This document shows, one piece after another, positions 37,901 to 50,232 of a stretch of 64,000 nt of DNA. The stretch's first letter is position 1. Each line of letters opens with the position of its first letter. The notes beneath the pieces were generated by a model. That model was not told the origin of the DNA and made no database searches. It saw only the letters and a list, made by a program, of their open reading frames with translations. The stretch is from Klebsormidium nitens (lineage: Eukaryota > Plantae > Klebsormidiophyceae): contig DF236960.1 of assembly GCA_000708835.1 (NCBI GenBank), forward strand, positions 396,847 to 460,846. The letters are read 5' to 3'. Made by a program: the position numbers and the translations under genes.

Positions 37901-39262
37901 GTTCCTGAAAAGAGCTTTCAAACAATCGGGGTTTGGACGCCCAAACAGAAAAACGAGGTGCATGGAGGTAACCACCTGTGCGAGGAACGTGTCGAAGTAC
38001 AAATCCCATATTTGCAAGATTGTCTTCTTTGTATACCACTTGAAGCAAAGTACCTGCATGCAAAACATTCTGACAAGTTTGTAAAGCTCCTTTTTTCCCT
38101 CAGGCCTACCAGCAGCTAGCTGTGCAGGCCTCTGAAATGACCTTTCGGAAGCAATCTGCACCTGCAACATTAAAGTACAGAGCAAGCGGCTTTAGGAGCA
38201 AGTATGCTCGCAATTCGAGCAGGACCGTTTGTATACTCGCTGAATTCTTTTAGGCAAACCTCGGGATAAGGCAGAATCTACCACACTTAGATTGTCTTTT
38301 CTTGCTGTCAAACCTCAGACTCACCTCCCACGCCGTCGTCCCTAGTTGCTGAGGGATGCGTTTGTGAGCCCCGAGTTCGATGTTACGTAGCCTGACAGGG
38401 TCAAGCTGTAAAACGAGTCCGAGCAAGCTTTGTCAATTCAGCGCAGTTTCTCGGAAGACCTGTCCACGTGTGCTTTTAAAGACGGGCAGGATGCATCGCG
38501 AGCGAGCGGTTAAAGCCATCTTTGGTGGTGAAAGACTCTTAAAGCCTGTTTGTTGCATTCAGGAAAGAAGTGCTGAGAGTTCTTACAGCTGGAGTTTTTC
38601 CAGGCGTTGGTACTTTCATCTGAAGGATCGGAAACTTTGAGATCTGTGGACTCAGAGGTTCGATTGTTCGTGAACAGTCAAGTCCTCCTGATTGGACCGC
38701 TAGGCCGGAGCAACGGGAGTTTGAAGATGATAGAAAGCTGACTCCCGTTTGCAGGCTACTGCCTTCCGAAGGGTACTGATTATCAGTTGTCCTGCTTTCA
38801 ACGCTGCTCTGTACTCGGGCTGATAAAGTCGCCCTTCAGCAGACTCACCTCAACAGCCATAACGTCCGGCTTGACCGCCTCAATGAGCATGCTGACGTCA
38901 TTTGCGCTCACTTCGGACACGTGGACGGTCCCAATAAGGTAAACCACATGGCCGTTCGCCGGGTTCCTGAGCACCCGGATAAAAGCCTTGATTCCATCTG
39001 GAAGTTGTAGCCGTTCGAGGTGACGTGGGCTCAAGAACAGGGTGACGGCTTCGGGCTGAGTTCCTAAGATTTTTAAGGCTTTTTTCAGGGGGTAGTCTGG
39101 GCAAAGAATGTCTGTCAAACGGTTTTCAGCGAGGAGGTCGGAAGCGGGGTAAGCAACCGGCGCAAGGTCAGAAAGGGCACCCTCTAGTTCCTGCTCGCTT
39201 GTGGAAGAAGGTGGCGCGGCGAGGTTTCCCAGGCCTGGCAGTAAGGGCTGCGAGGAGACCAT
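34941..39262 (-). CDS. TraB/PrgY-domain protein, paralogue C (9 exons)
   Basis: Exon 1 is 39262-38849 (VYLIGTVHVS..PDVMAVE) and exon 2 is 38405-38325 (LDPVRL..TTAWE). Later exons encode VLCFKW..FLAQ, FLGAEQACDL..IPVETIDQ, AFGRVLAAYRE, LVDERDHHMAF and VVAVVGAAHVPGI. The final hydrophobic exon ends at 34941. Intron phases match A wherever checked; the last intron appears to use a GC donor at 35547. Confidence 0.86.
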
Positions 39263-42200
39263 GATCGCGAGAAGGGGACTTATCGGAGTTCAGTCGTCTG
39301 AGCCTCTGCCGTGCGTCGTGTGTAGTGGTCGATGACCTCAAAAATGTTCAGGTTAGCCCAGTACGAAGTGGCATCCCATTTGGCAGATGGAAAAAGGGCT
39401 CAAAACTTGTGGTCCGTGGCTCCTTAAGCCTGAACTTTTTCACCCAGCGTTGACTTGACAAGACCTTTGCTCAGAGATGACTTTCACGATCTGAAAATTT
39501 TGCAAACCAATAGTGGACGGTCCACTAGCTGTGTCGTCAGGTCATAACGGTTCAACATCACTCTTGCACTCTGAGACTCTTCGACTCTGACGAGTTCTGA
39601 GGTTCCACGGTTTGAAGACTTCCACGTGGCTTACTTGGCTTGGTGGGCTAGCTCCCTGATCCTAATTCGAGGTGGCAAGTACTGCATATATACCGTGTTT
39701 ACCAGAGGCAAACTAGTCTTCCGGGCTGGGGTACCTTTTCAATCAATTTCTTGGTTGATTGAAGAAGTGGAAAGTTGTCAAACCTTTTTCAGTGTGCTGT
39801 AAGGCCAATTAGGCAATTAGCCGGATTTGCAGTCAGGCTAACTGCTTTCTCCCAACCCAGACTGTCACTTCCTTGTTTATTACGTGAATTCATTGCAGCC
39901 TCTCAAACATCTCGACACGAGTAAGGTTGAGAAACCGAGCCTATTATACGACGCTTTCGACGCAAACACAAGAGCGGGCTTTTGCACTGCAGAAGGGCCA
40001 GTGGGGCAACTTAAAAGGTCAAAGCACTGCACTCGGAAAGTGTCAACAGGCCGGTGGCAGATGTGTGTTTGCACACCCACGAGTGTTATGCCCGGCACAA
40101 ACTTTCTATATTCGAAAGAGCTGACGCGCTATGCATCGACCGCCGCGTGGCGTTCTTTGAAGTATATCGACGGCTCACCTCTCCCGACAGCTGGTTCCGG
40201 TAGCCCAGGAAAATGTAGGGGCCCGGGGCACGGGTAGGGTTGATTTGGTGGTTCCGATTGTAGCGGTGCGAAACCCGTAGACTCGCCGGTTTATGTATTG
40301 GTTCTGTCCTACCCGGGGACTGTTTGCTCTCGTTAAGAGTTACCCTCAATTAAGCTACCTAAATCATAGCCGCCAATGTACCGGGGACCCAAATTAGTAT
40401 ATCGAAGAGTAGCATTGATGGTTGTCAGACCGCCCGGACTGCTCGTGTTACTTGTCAGAAAAATTGCGGTAGAGAACGACGGCCTTGTTACACTAGCGTG
40501 TTAACACTTTCCAAGTGCAGTGCTATGTACTACTTGCGCCAGTGGGTCCCAGTAGTGTACTCAGGTGTACTCGCCGGAGGTGCGATACGGTAGTTGGCCG
40601 GCCATTGGTCGATGCCGCGGCCGCCACACGATCGGAAGGTGGACCGTCACGTTGACGCCGACGTCCATGGCATCTGGCGAGATATTGATCGAACTTCAGA
40701 ACGCTGATGGGCGGCGTGCCGCGTGCCGTTTCGCGGAACGGGTGACTGCCGGCCCCCGGGACTGTGACCAGACGCCCGTCAGCAATGCGTCAGCAGGCCC
40801 ATGTCGAATACCTACCTAATCAAATTTGAATTTTGAGCTGCACAGTGCAGACTGAAGCCTCGGGACTTGCAAGTTGCAGACACGTTTGCATTCAAAATGG
40901 TGCGGAGGGGGTGCGGAGGCGCCCTCGGAGGCGTCCCATATCCTAGCTGCCGGATTTTCACCGTCGGATTTTCACTGCCGCTGGTGAATGGTACATGAGA
41001 AACAAGAGACACTGAGCGCAGAACATGTAGAGATACAGCCGGTGTGGAGGACAGAATGCGGGCACAGATTGGCAGTTGTCGGTAGCCTTTGTGACCAGCA
41101 TTTGCAACCTGCGTTTCACCTGCATTTTCCTTGTTCAAGAAGCTGATCAGCATTTTCCACCTTGCAAGTCTAGGAGCCAGGTCTGTTAAAATGAGCTATG
41201 AATTCCTATTCACTGCCAGACATTTTGCAAACATGCTGAGGACAAGCAAGGGGAGCTATCTGCGCTCTTCAAGCGGCAGGTAAGGATGTGCAGACACCAG
41301 AATTTGCTGCAATGTGAGACTCTCTTGAATTCCTTCAGTATTCATGGTGCCAGATAAAGGTCCTTGATCTGTTTTCTGTCTCTGCTGGCTGCGCGCGTCC
41401 TGCAATCAAGAACAAATACAGGATGAACCCCTACTCAGTCGATAGAGGTTGGAACTGAGATGCGCAAGCCCAGCCCTTTCAACTACCTTGCGGTTCTGCC
41501 CTGCCGCGGAATATGCTACTGAAGGTGCTCGGACAATTAGTGCAGCGTTCCTTGATTGAAGAGCTATGTTAGCATCCCTTTCTTCAATGCTAATTGATAA
41601 GCGGCGCTTTCGGGATCTATGGAGTGGGGTTCTCGTCAATAGATGCTCACAGAACTCGCACCTTGATCAACGCAGCTATTTTCTGTCGTCGGGGCAATGA
41701 AGGCTACAGCATGTCCATTCTGGCTGGCTCGCAGCTTCAGGATGGTCTATGGAGTTGTAAAGGTGCAGGCCGCTCAGACTGTAGTGGCTTTCCGGAAGGA
41801 TGGCTTATCCTCATTGTTGCTCAGCAGGGGGTCTTTCAGAGCAGAGGTCCTCAGAAGGTCGCTGTGCCTCTGGCTTAACGTCTCATTCAAAAGAGCAGGG
41901 GGTAGTCAGCATGCCCTTATTCAGATCTGCGACATACAGGAGCCTTCCACGGGGCGCCTGGCTATGTATGGCCCTGCAGCACAATAAGCAAAGCAGGTAA
42001 ATTGCACAAGGTTGATCCTTTGCCTTTATGCTTGATTTGCACCTCAAAGGCACTATCAGGCAAACAAGTTGGGCCAAGCTTCCAGTCTGCTTTGACAAAA
42101 CTGATGATTGCGCTGCATTTGCGCCACGTAGACGCGCCTGACCAAGTCTGGATGTTGGATACACTTCGAAACAGACTAGAAAATGCAGGGTTGAAGTGTT

Positions 42201-45034
42201 CAACCGGTTGAAATGTTTTCCTCAAAACCTTATTGTGAACCAGGTCAGGGGGTTAATCTGGATGCGACTCAGAATGAGTCTTCTGATGGCAATGTGACTC
42301 CGAGACAGGTTCTATTGCTATCTGCGCATCCGTACATCTCCTCGTTCAGAGGAGCAGTAATCTCCGTATCCTGGTGAAACGTCATTGCTGCTTTACCACT
42401 GCACTTTGGTCAAGACTTGCCCAGTGGTGATATTTTCATATAGTCCTGGCGACATCCGCCGCTGGCCATCTATGCTTTGCTTTGGATCTCTTTCTGTTCC
42501 TAACAAGCAGCGAGCTCTGCACGTCTTGCAGAAGGGATCACATATTGTCAGGGGCGCTACCGGTGCGCCAGTGGGGGTGGGCTGTGGGACGAGAATGGGC
42601 CTGGCAATGGAATGCCGGTGGTGGCAGCTCCCGGAAAGGGGATCCGGAAAGGGGAGTCGGACAGGGATTCGATAAATGGGATTTGAGTGAGCCTTTCAAT
42701 CTTTCTGACGCAAGGAAGTAACAAACCAGTACTCCAGCACTAGAAACCCAGGCAGACACCCCCAGGTTTCTGCAGGGAGATTTGAATGGTCCAGACTCTG
42801 GTCCGTAAGGACTAGAATGCTCAAGAAAGACGGATCCGAAAAAGGCCCGATTGTTCAAGCCAGACGCGGATGCTTCAAGATGCAGACTTCATAACTTTTG
42901 GACTGATTCCCGAGGTGATTGTAAAATGGCGCTTGTTTACCTGCTTCAATGGCCCGAGTGGGCAACAAAGACAAGCTGACAAACCGTTTTCTGCTCGATA
43001 CATGGACGCTTGAGTGAGGCCTTTAAAGGATTATGTGGCGTTCGAAATCAGCTTGAGGGCGGGTTTTGCGTGCAAGATGCGGAGCAAGATGCCGGGCTTG
43101 ATTGCTTTGGGACGGTAGACTGACTCTCTGCATACTTGTTACAGGCTGACGTACGATTTCCCTCCAAACAGGAACGGAATTCGCGACGTGTGAGGCCTCG
43201 GTCAAGGCACAAAGGGCTGCAGTTCAAAATCGACTGGCAGACGCGAGCGAGCCGGTCAGCAACGAGTTATCTGGTCAGTGCACCGCAGCAGCTTAGTTCG
43301 GGCCAGGTTCTGCAAGTGCTTGTTTTGACTGTCGAGGTACTTCGTCATAGTGGTTCATTCAAAAGTCTGTCAGGAAGTGCTGCGAAAGTCGGTCAGACGT
43401 TCTGTGGACTGCCGCTAGAGTGGTGACACATAGATTGTTGACATGTCTGTTAGCGTTGATGGTCGAGCTTCTTATGAAAGTTGGCTCGCCGTCTCCATTT
43501 TTTGTGTCTTGAATTCCGTTCCAGAACTTCGTGGGCGTAAAGTTGAGTTGTTTCTCAGGCAACGAACTCGCGCCGACAGGTTGAAAGGGTTTGTGCAGTT
43601 CAACCTCTTTATATGCTGACGTCACAGACGCTGTGGTAAGGGATCGACGTGACAGAGTTTCTCTCGACTGTCGGAATCCGAAGTTCAAGGACAAGTGGAG
43701 CCTTACTTCGTGGGTGTTCTCAATCACACTCCCGTTATCTTCGGCAATATTTCTTGGGTGTGATGCGCGGCCTCTTGACACGTGTGCTACGAGGGTTTGA
43801 TGTGACTTTCTCCCTTATCCAATTAGAAAGTGTGACCTGGAACCTACGTCAGCAGGTGTCCAGAGCGAGCGTGATCCTGCTGGACCTGGTCCTGTCATAG
43901 ACGTCTTTTCTACAGGAACCCTACGTTTACCTCGAGCTTTTCGGACTACCTTCTTTAAGGCGCCATGCAGATTGACCGAGCCTTTTTCTTTTTGATCACG
44001 CAGGTTTGAGCTGGCTTCGTTGTTTGTCTTGCGTAGAAAGGCTTCACTATCTACATTCGCCAAAATCGGGCTACACTAAGTAGTAGCGTACTGTTGACCA
44101 GCTTCTACCAGCCATTCAAGCCACCCCAGTGCTTCCTTCCAATTTGCCAGCATATCACAAAACTCTTTTTCACTGCGCAGGACAACAGATGACGTGAATA
44201 GCAATCCGTGCTCCTGGTGAAGGTGGCAGCCGATAATGCGCATTTATGGGCTTTTGCAGCAGAGTGATGGTGAGTTGTGGCGCTTTTCTTTGCCTAGTCG
44301 TCGCCATCTGCCGACTATGAGCGCAAGTAGCAAAACGCCAAATCACGCGGGAATCACAGCAAAAAGCACCGAAGAAACGACGGCGGACATCGCGTCTGAT
44401 GTTCGAGACATCCCTGCTGCCGCTCCTCCTGCTTCGAAGGACTACAGAGGTCACAATCTGAAAGCATGTGAAAAGTTCAGAAAGAAGATGTCTGACTTTT
44501 TCTGGTCATTTCACATACATTCTACTTTCTTTGCCCAGCAATTCTCCCCTTTTCGAATCCCTGAACTTTCTGGTGGCATGCTCGGCAATCAACTTTTGAT
44601 GACGTGACCTAAAGCCCCCAGGATTGATGCTGCCCCCGCAAGTTCCAAAATGCACAATTTGGAGCATTAACCTTTAGGCGCGGGAGAAACCTATCATGCT
44701 GTCAGTCGCCTCATCTGGTCCGTCGTTGGTCCTGGGCTGCTGTAAAGACTAAATTCACCATCACAATGTTTCAAGATCCAGTCTGCGCAAGGTGTCGACT
44801 TTTGAACTTGCGGGTTTGCTTGATTCTTTCCTAACCTACTCGAATATGTCCTTTGTTCAAAAGTTGCCACCATCAGGAGATGCTCTGCAGAGCTTACAAA
44901 TCCCCCAAATTGGTGCTTACATAGTACCAATGTGCTGCTTCTTGAGGAGCTTTAATCGCCGGAGCACCCCTCTGATGATGAAAAGCTGCTGCGCTTCTTC
45001 CTACCTGATTCTCCATCATCCGCATCGCTTCCAG

Positions 45035-46024
45035 GAGCTTGTACCCATTCCTGGTCAAGAAGAAGGCTTAGACGACTGGCCGATGCAACCCGACTTCCTG
45101 TACAGTACTGACGCAGACGATCGACCCAATCGGCCACTGTCGAAACGGCGGGTCTCGACCGGCCAAGAGCGCCCAACTTCCAGTCGAATTAGAGGAGAGC
45201 ACGCAGAAAAGGTAGGGAAAGATTTGTAACGGACACGTTGTGTCAAAGGTTCTCAGAGTGCTTGTCGGTTTGCGATAATGCCGTCCTTGTTTCAGAAAAG
45301 TGCGTCTTCTGAGTATGCAGACGTATGCAACCCGGCAGCCGCTTCGGCAGACTTTTCTCTGCAGTCTGTGGGTTAGAATCAAAAACAAGTTCGCATCTGA
45401 AACGCTGCACGAAAACGGCATATCGGTCGGTTTGGCAGGAATATTCGGTGCCGCCATCAAGTAGGGAACAGCGGTCTTTGATCATGTGCGGGTCAGAGGA
45501 CCTGAACGCCTTTGAAGCTGTGTTTGATGTCACGTAATACAGCCAGTACGAGAGTTAACTCAAGGCGTAGGCTTGTCAAGGTGTGTCTTCCTTATCCGCA
45601 TGCCTTTTCCTCGCTTTTCCTTTCTCCGCGCATCTCCCGTGCAAAGATTCCTGCTTTGGCACCTTGCAATGCTCCAGACTTTTTTGCAAGACCCGTTCCT
45701 GTAGGTTACGACTCACCAGTAACTGTCGCTTTTGCAGAACCGCCTTCTTCTCTCTATCTGATTCATTTGTCTGCCTCAAATCTGCAGGCCCTATCTCAGG
45801 CGCTGTCAGCGGGAGCCGCTTTTGACGAGTGGGCCACCGGCACGGGGCGCTTCGACCTCTTCCGGTTCGTTCCGGTGGACCCAGTCGAGTTTGTAAAGCT
45901 GTTGGCGCTCAGGCATTGTGTCAGCGCACGGGTGATATCGGCCGAGCGACTGAAACGAGGGCTGGCAACAGGGCTTAGGGCCCTCAGGTTGTCGGTTCAG
46001 TACAAATTGACCGGCAGTCGCGAA
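45035..46024 (+). CDS. Probable exons of an unidentified multi-exon gene
   Basis: Two open phase-0 exons have pyrimidine-rich acceptors and GT donors: 45035-45211 (ELVPIPGQEEGLDDWPMQPDF...) and 45788-46024 (ALSQALSAGAAFDEWATGTGRFDLFRFVPVDPVEFVKLL...). No family recognised and gene boundaries unknown. Confidence 0.35.
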
Positions 46025-47154
46025 GTGAGTGCACCTCAGCCTTTCTCTTCCTTAAATTGCTCCTACACATATCTAGCCAGGGAACATGTAGCTGTTGAAT
46101 TGGTACTAGATGGAAGCACTGTACCGGGCTCGCATCTGAATGTTCCGTCTTTCCTGTGTTGTTCAAGCTTTCCATGTCGCTTCGATCCTTGACGCTGCCC
46201 CGGAACACTATAAGTAGCTTCCGCTCCACTTGATGTGTCGCGCTAAATCTGTCTGTCGTTCTCAACCTGAGCCAATATCCAGGGTTACAAGCTGCCGACG
46301 TCATCATACATAAAAATACGACTTCTGTCGCCAAACACGAGTTCTCTTTTCGACCCCTCGTATTTCCTCTTTCAATTCTGAGCGCTTCAACGTTCGTAGG
46401 CTGTGTCGAGAAATGCGACCTGAGCCGTCTCTCAAACAGGCCTGCACCGATCCTGACGAAAACCAGATTGAGGTTTTTCGGCTCAAGGCCAGCCGCCTAG
46501 CTACCAGCTTCGATCTAATGTTTCGCAAATTCTACATCTGCGCAGACTTGGGAGCGGGCTGAGGAAAAGACCGGATTTGCCGGTTGCGGATCCTGGCCTC
46601 CGCGTCGTAAACATCCCCCAAAAGTTTGCGTACCTTATAGCTTATTCCAGGCCGCAGGTGGAATATGTGGCGATGCCTGCCACACCTGACATACTCGGAA
46701 AGTGATGCATCGTGGTCCCTGTCTGCCGTTAAGCAGGATCCTTGTCGCACTTGTTTTTCCTCGGCTCGACATGGCAGGGAGGAACAACGGCGCACATTGA
46801 AAGCCCGGCCGGCGCCGAAAACTGGCGCATGCGCTGCCTCGATCATACACTAGGCACTCGCACTTTCTGCTCAGGCGCCCATTTTTAGCGCGCCTTTATT
46901 ATTGAGTAGTTAGTTCCGCATCCTGAATTCCGTTTCAATCCGAGTCTGCAGGCCAAGACAGCACCCCCGTCACCGAACGAAGCTGTTACCAGAGATTACC
47001 GCGCTCGCTGGCGTCACTTTGTCGCTCTGCTAAATGTACGCGCTGTCTGGTCGTTCGCTCGTCTGGAGAGGGCAGCGGACTTGGAATGCCGGCGGAAGGA
47101 GTTGCGAACGGAACATTTGGCGCAACGGCCGCGGACGGCGGACGAGCCGGACCG

Positions 47155-47390
47155 GCAGAGCGCAGTTCACTTTCTTCAAACGGCTCTCGAACGGGTGAGG
47201 CTTGCTGTCAATCTGAAGCGGCTTTCTTCGGTTTCTGCTGAATGCTCTGCGGTTCGTTGTGGTGTTTGAGACGGCAGAGCTCCGTTCACTTTCAATAACG
47301 GATCTTGAACGGGTGACGCTTGGGTCAATATGAAGCCGCTCTCTTTGGTTTCTGCTGAACTTTCTCAGGTTCGCTGTGGTGTTTGAAACC
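47155..47390. repeat. Two-copy tandem repeat, period ~117-119 bp
   Basis: The unit gcagagc..gttcacttt...gaacgggtga.gcttg..tcaat.tgaagc.gct...ggtttctgctgaa...ggttcg.tgtggtgtttga occurs at 47155 and 47274. Confidence 0.8.
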
Positions 47391-47789
47391 AATTCAGGTT
47401 CAGGTGCTACATGTTTCCGTCGACCCTAGACGCATCTCTAGAAGGGGCTCAGAAGGCAGCGTGTGGTTCTCAGTTTTGACGTAAGCCTCACGTTAGCACG
47501 TCACTGCTTATCTGCCGCTCTAGATGGCCATATTTGCCACGGAGCTCTCGGTAGAGCGACTGAGGTTTACCGACCGCAAAGCAACATGGTTTCTTCATGC
47601 GTCCCCCGTTTTCGACAAACTGCTACAACTCTGACACGTGCAGATGTTATTACACTGGTGATTGGTCTAGTAACCACTAACAGCAAAGCAGCCGCATCTG
47701 CCGGTAACAGTCGGAGAGTGTGCAAGGGCAGCTGGTTTGTGAGTTTGTTCAGGGTCTGCCGTCGTTCTCTCGCTTTTACTTCCGATTAC

Positions 47790-48080
47790 CGTGATACACC
47801 ATGACTTTGCCAGTGTTCTGCAGCTGGACGCGTGTCCCGGCGATGACGGCATGCCCGTGCTTGACGACGTGGTACAAGATCTTGCCGGCCTGGTGATCGA
47901 GCGCGCTGCTAGATGATGTGAGCGCCCTATGTTTAAAATTTTGTCTCCTTGTCGTTTCGTTTCCTTCAGCATACCCTGCTCTTCAGCATACCCTTCCGTA
48001 AGGACTGATTTGCCTCCCCGTGTCGCGGCGAAACGGGCCTTCTTCAGTGTCTCTTCCGCTAGAGCCCTTTGCAGCTGGAT
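47790..48080 (-). CDS. Two phase-compatible exons of an unidentified gene
   Basis: Exons 48080-47992 and 47905-47790 (GT-AG, phase 2 junction) give IQLQRALAEETLKKARFAATRGGKSVLTEGALDHQAGKILYHVVKHGHAVIAGTRVQLQNTGKVMVYHG. The second exon is rich in GC-ending codons. Confidence 0.45.
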
Positions 48081-50232
48081 CTTTTGCAAGCGCAATGGTA
48101 AGTTGTCAGTGAAAGCGAGGAGTCGTCGCAAAACCAGATCCCAGCTCTTAGGGCCACCAATGACTTAGACCAGCTCTCGTGAACTCATTTCTGTAGAGTG
48201 TAAGTTTTCTAGCCTTTGAAGTCTTTGCGCCAGCTAAAGCAACAGATTGAGCCAGGTACAACTAAGAGTCTGCCTTTTCTTCCGGTTGCATCATACTTGA
48301 CTTGAAGCTCACCGCTTCGCTGGAGTTTGAGCTTTTGCGGTTGCTGACTTGTGTGGAAACTGACACTTGGTGGCTTTTCCAAGAAAACTTTTTTCATCTC
48401 TATTTTCTTGGTTTTGCTTACGTCACCAGCGCAGCAAAAGCAGAATCTAGTACTTAACGAGTCGTCGGCGTGGCTCAGATGGGATGGCGGTTGTGATCAG
48501 CTAGTGGCCCGACTTATCATCACATACGAAGAGGAGTCTTCTCTTGATAAAGAGAGGAGTTTTCTTTCCTTTTAGAAACGAGAGAATTAATGAGTCTTGT
48601 GATGAAGTTCAGAACTCACACTGGCCCCTTGTTTTGCAAGGAATCTCTTTCAGCATCGCGCGCATATAGTGACCAGTAGCTGTTGGGCAGGCTCCCTTTG
48701 TTGACTCTCTAGCTGACGTGCAGCGTGATACATATACAGTCGGACCAGAACCAGATGGGTACGTGGCATGTCACACTAGCGGGCTCAAAGGACGTGCGCT
48801 TGTAAGAAGCCCTACTATAGTATGCGCAGACCATCATGACGCCGCGCGCGCCGGCATCAGGCTAGGTTTTGAGAATGATCGTAGCATGCAATGCCATGAT
48901 GCACCGTAGATTCTGAGATTTAGCGTGCATGACCCCTACGTGGCCGCTAACTAAGCGCGACATGAGATTTGACACGAATGTGCGCGGCCGCCTCGGCCGC
49001 AGGCTGTCTAGGAACGTGGCCGCTAGTGCGCGGAGCGCCACGCACGAATCATGTGAAAAGCATGTTACATAGATTTTATATGACGATCCGGTCCACATTG
49101 GCATGGCACACTGCATGGCTGTACGATGGTACTAAACCCTGGGAAAACCCGGCCCTTAATGATTAAGCGCTTGTTCAATCTGCCGGCCAAACTTAGTCGA
49201 TTTAATTATCAGCCAGCGCGCGGCGGCGCAAGCTCATGTATGCAGAGCGGCCGCGCCGGGCCACGCGACCTCCGACAAACTTGGAGTCGGGGTATGTAGC
49301 CAAAGTACGTGACTCACATATGTGGCATTGAATGGAATCTGAGCAGCTAGTGCTTGAGAGCTGGCGGGCCATGCGTCGCATGCACCCCGGGTGCTATAGA
49401 AGCTGATTACAAGTCACAGTGATCGTGATCGGACCAGACACGCCGCCGCCGGGACGATTGTGGAGATCGACCTTGGAACACGCCGCGCGTGCCAGCTCAG
49501 GCGATGAAAACTGAATTGAATCTTATTTACTGAGTGGTTATCATTGCGCCCGGCAGCGCTCTCAAGTAGTCCTTCAATAATTTGGGCGCTAGCTGCATGA
49601 CCGATTGCAGCATTCCGTGCACGATATTGAACGTCCGCTGCGACGGACTCAAGCCGTGAAGCGCTAAAGTACAGCCAACGCGCCGGCGGGGTGGCGATCG
49701 TCAGTGTCACCTGAAGTTAGCATCACGGTGACGACTCATAGAATCAGTAATTCATGGTATGGACCATTTGCCATGTTTACTTAATAATGTGCGAAAATAT
49801 GCAAGAAGCAATACTGAAACGATTAATGACAAGATCCACGTTAACAGAAAAATGGTGGACTGGGCGGCCCCCGGGCCAGCGCGGCGGGCCCACCGCTAGA
49901 ACAGGAGATCTGCAGCGCGCAAACTGGAAGTCTGGTTGAGAGGTCAGTATAAGAGCATGCACTTGTAATCATGGTTCTGTCGACATACTGAGATTAATTG
50001 TGCTGTCTCCGGCTGCCTGCTTCATAAGTGAATTAATTGTCACGAGTCCCCGCATCTGAAATTCAACGGCGACGCGACTTCCGACCTGCTATACGCACGT
50101 GACGCCTGCAGCATGGGGCCTGTAAATCTCTCGATAGCCTCGCTGGCCTCATCTATTGCCGCTCGCCGTGACAGCGGATTCTGTCGCACCCACGTGACAT
50201 CACTTCCTTGCTACCGCTGACAGTAAAGTAAT

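Noticed and set aside
43359-43781. KFWNGIQDTKNGDGEPTF resembling an hAT transposase C-terminal segment
   Set aside because: Downstream motifs are recoverable only by invoking several frameshifts, and the opposite strand has equally plausible exons.
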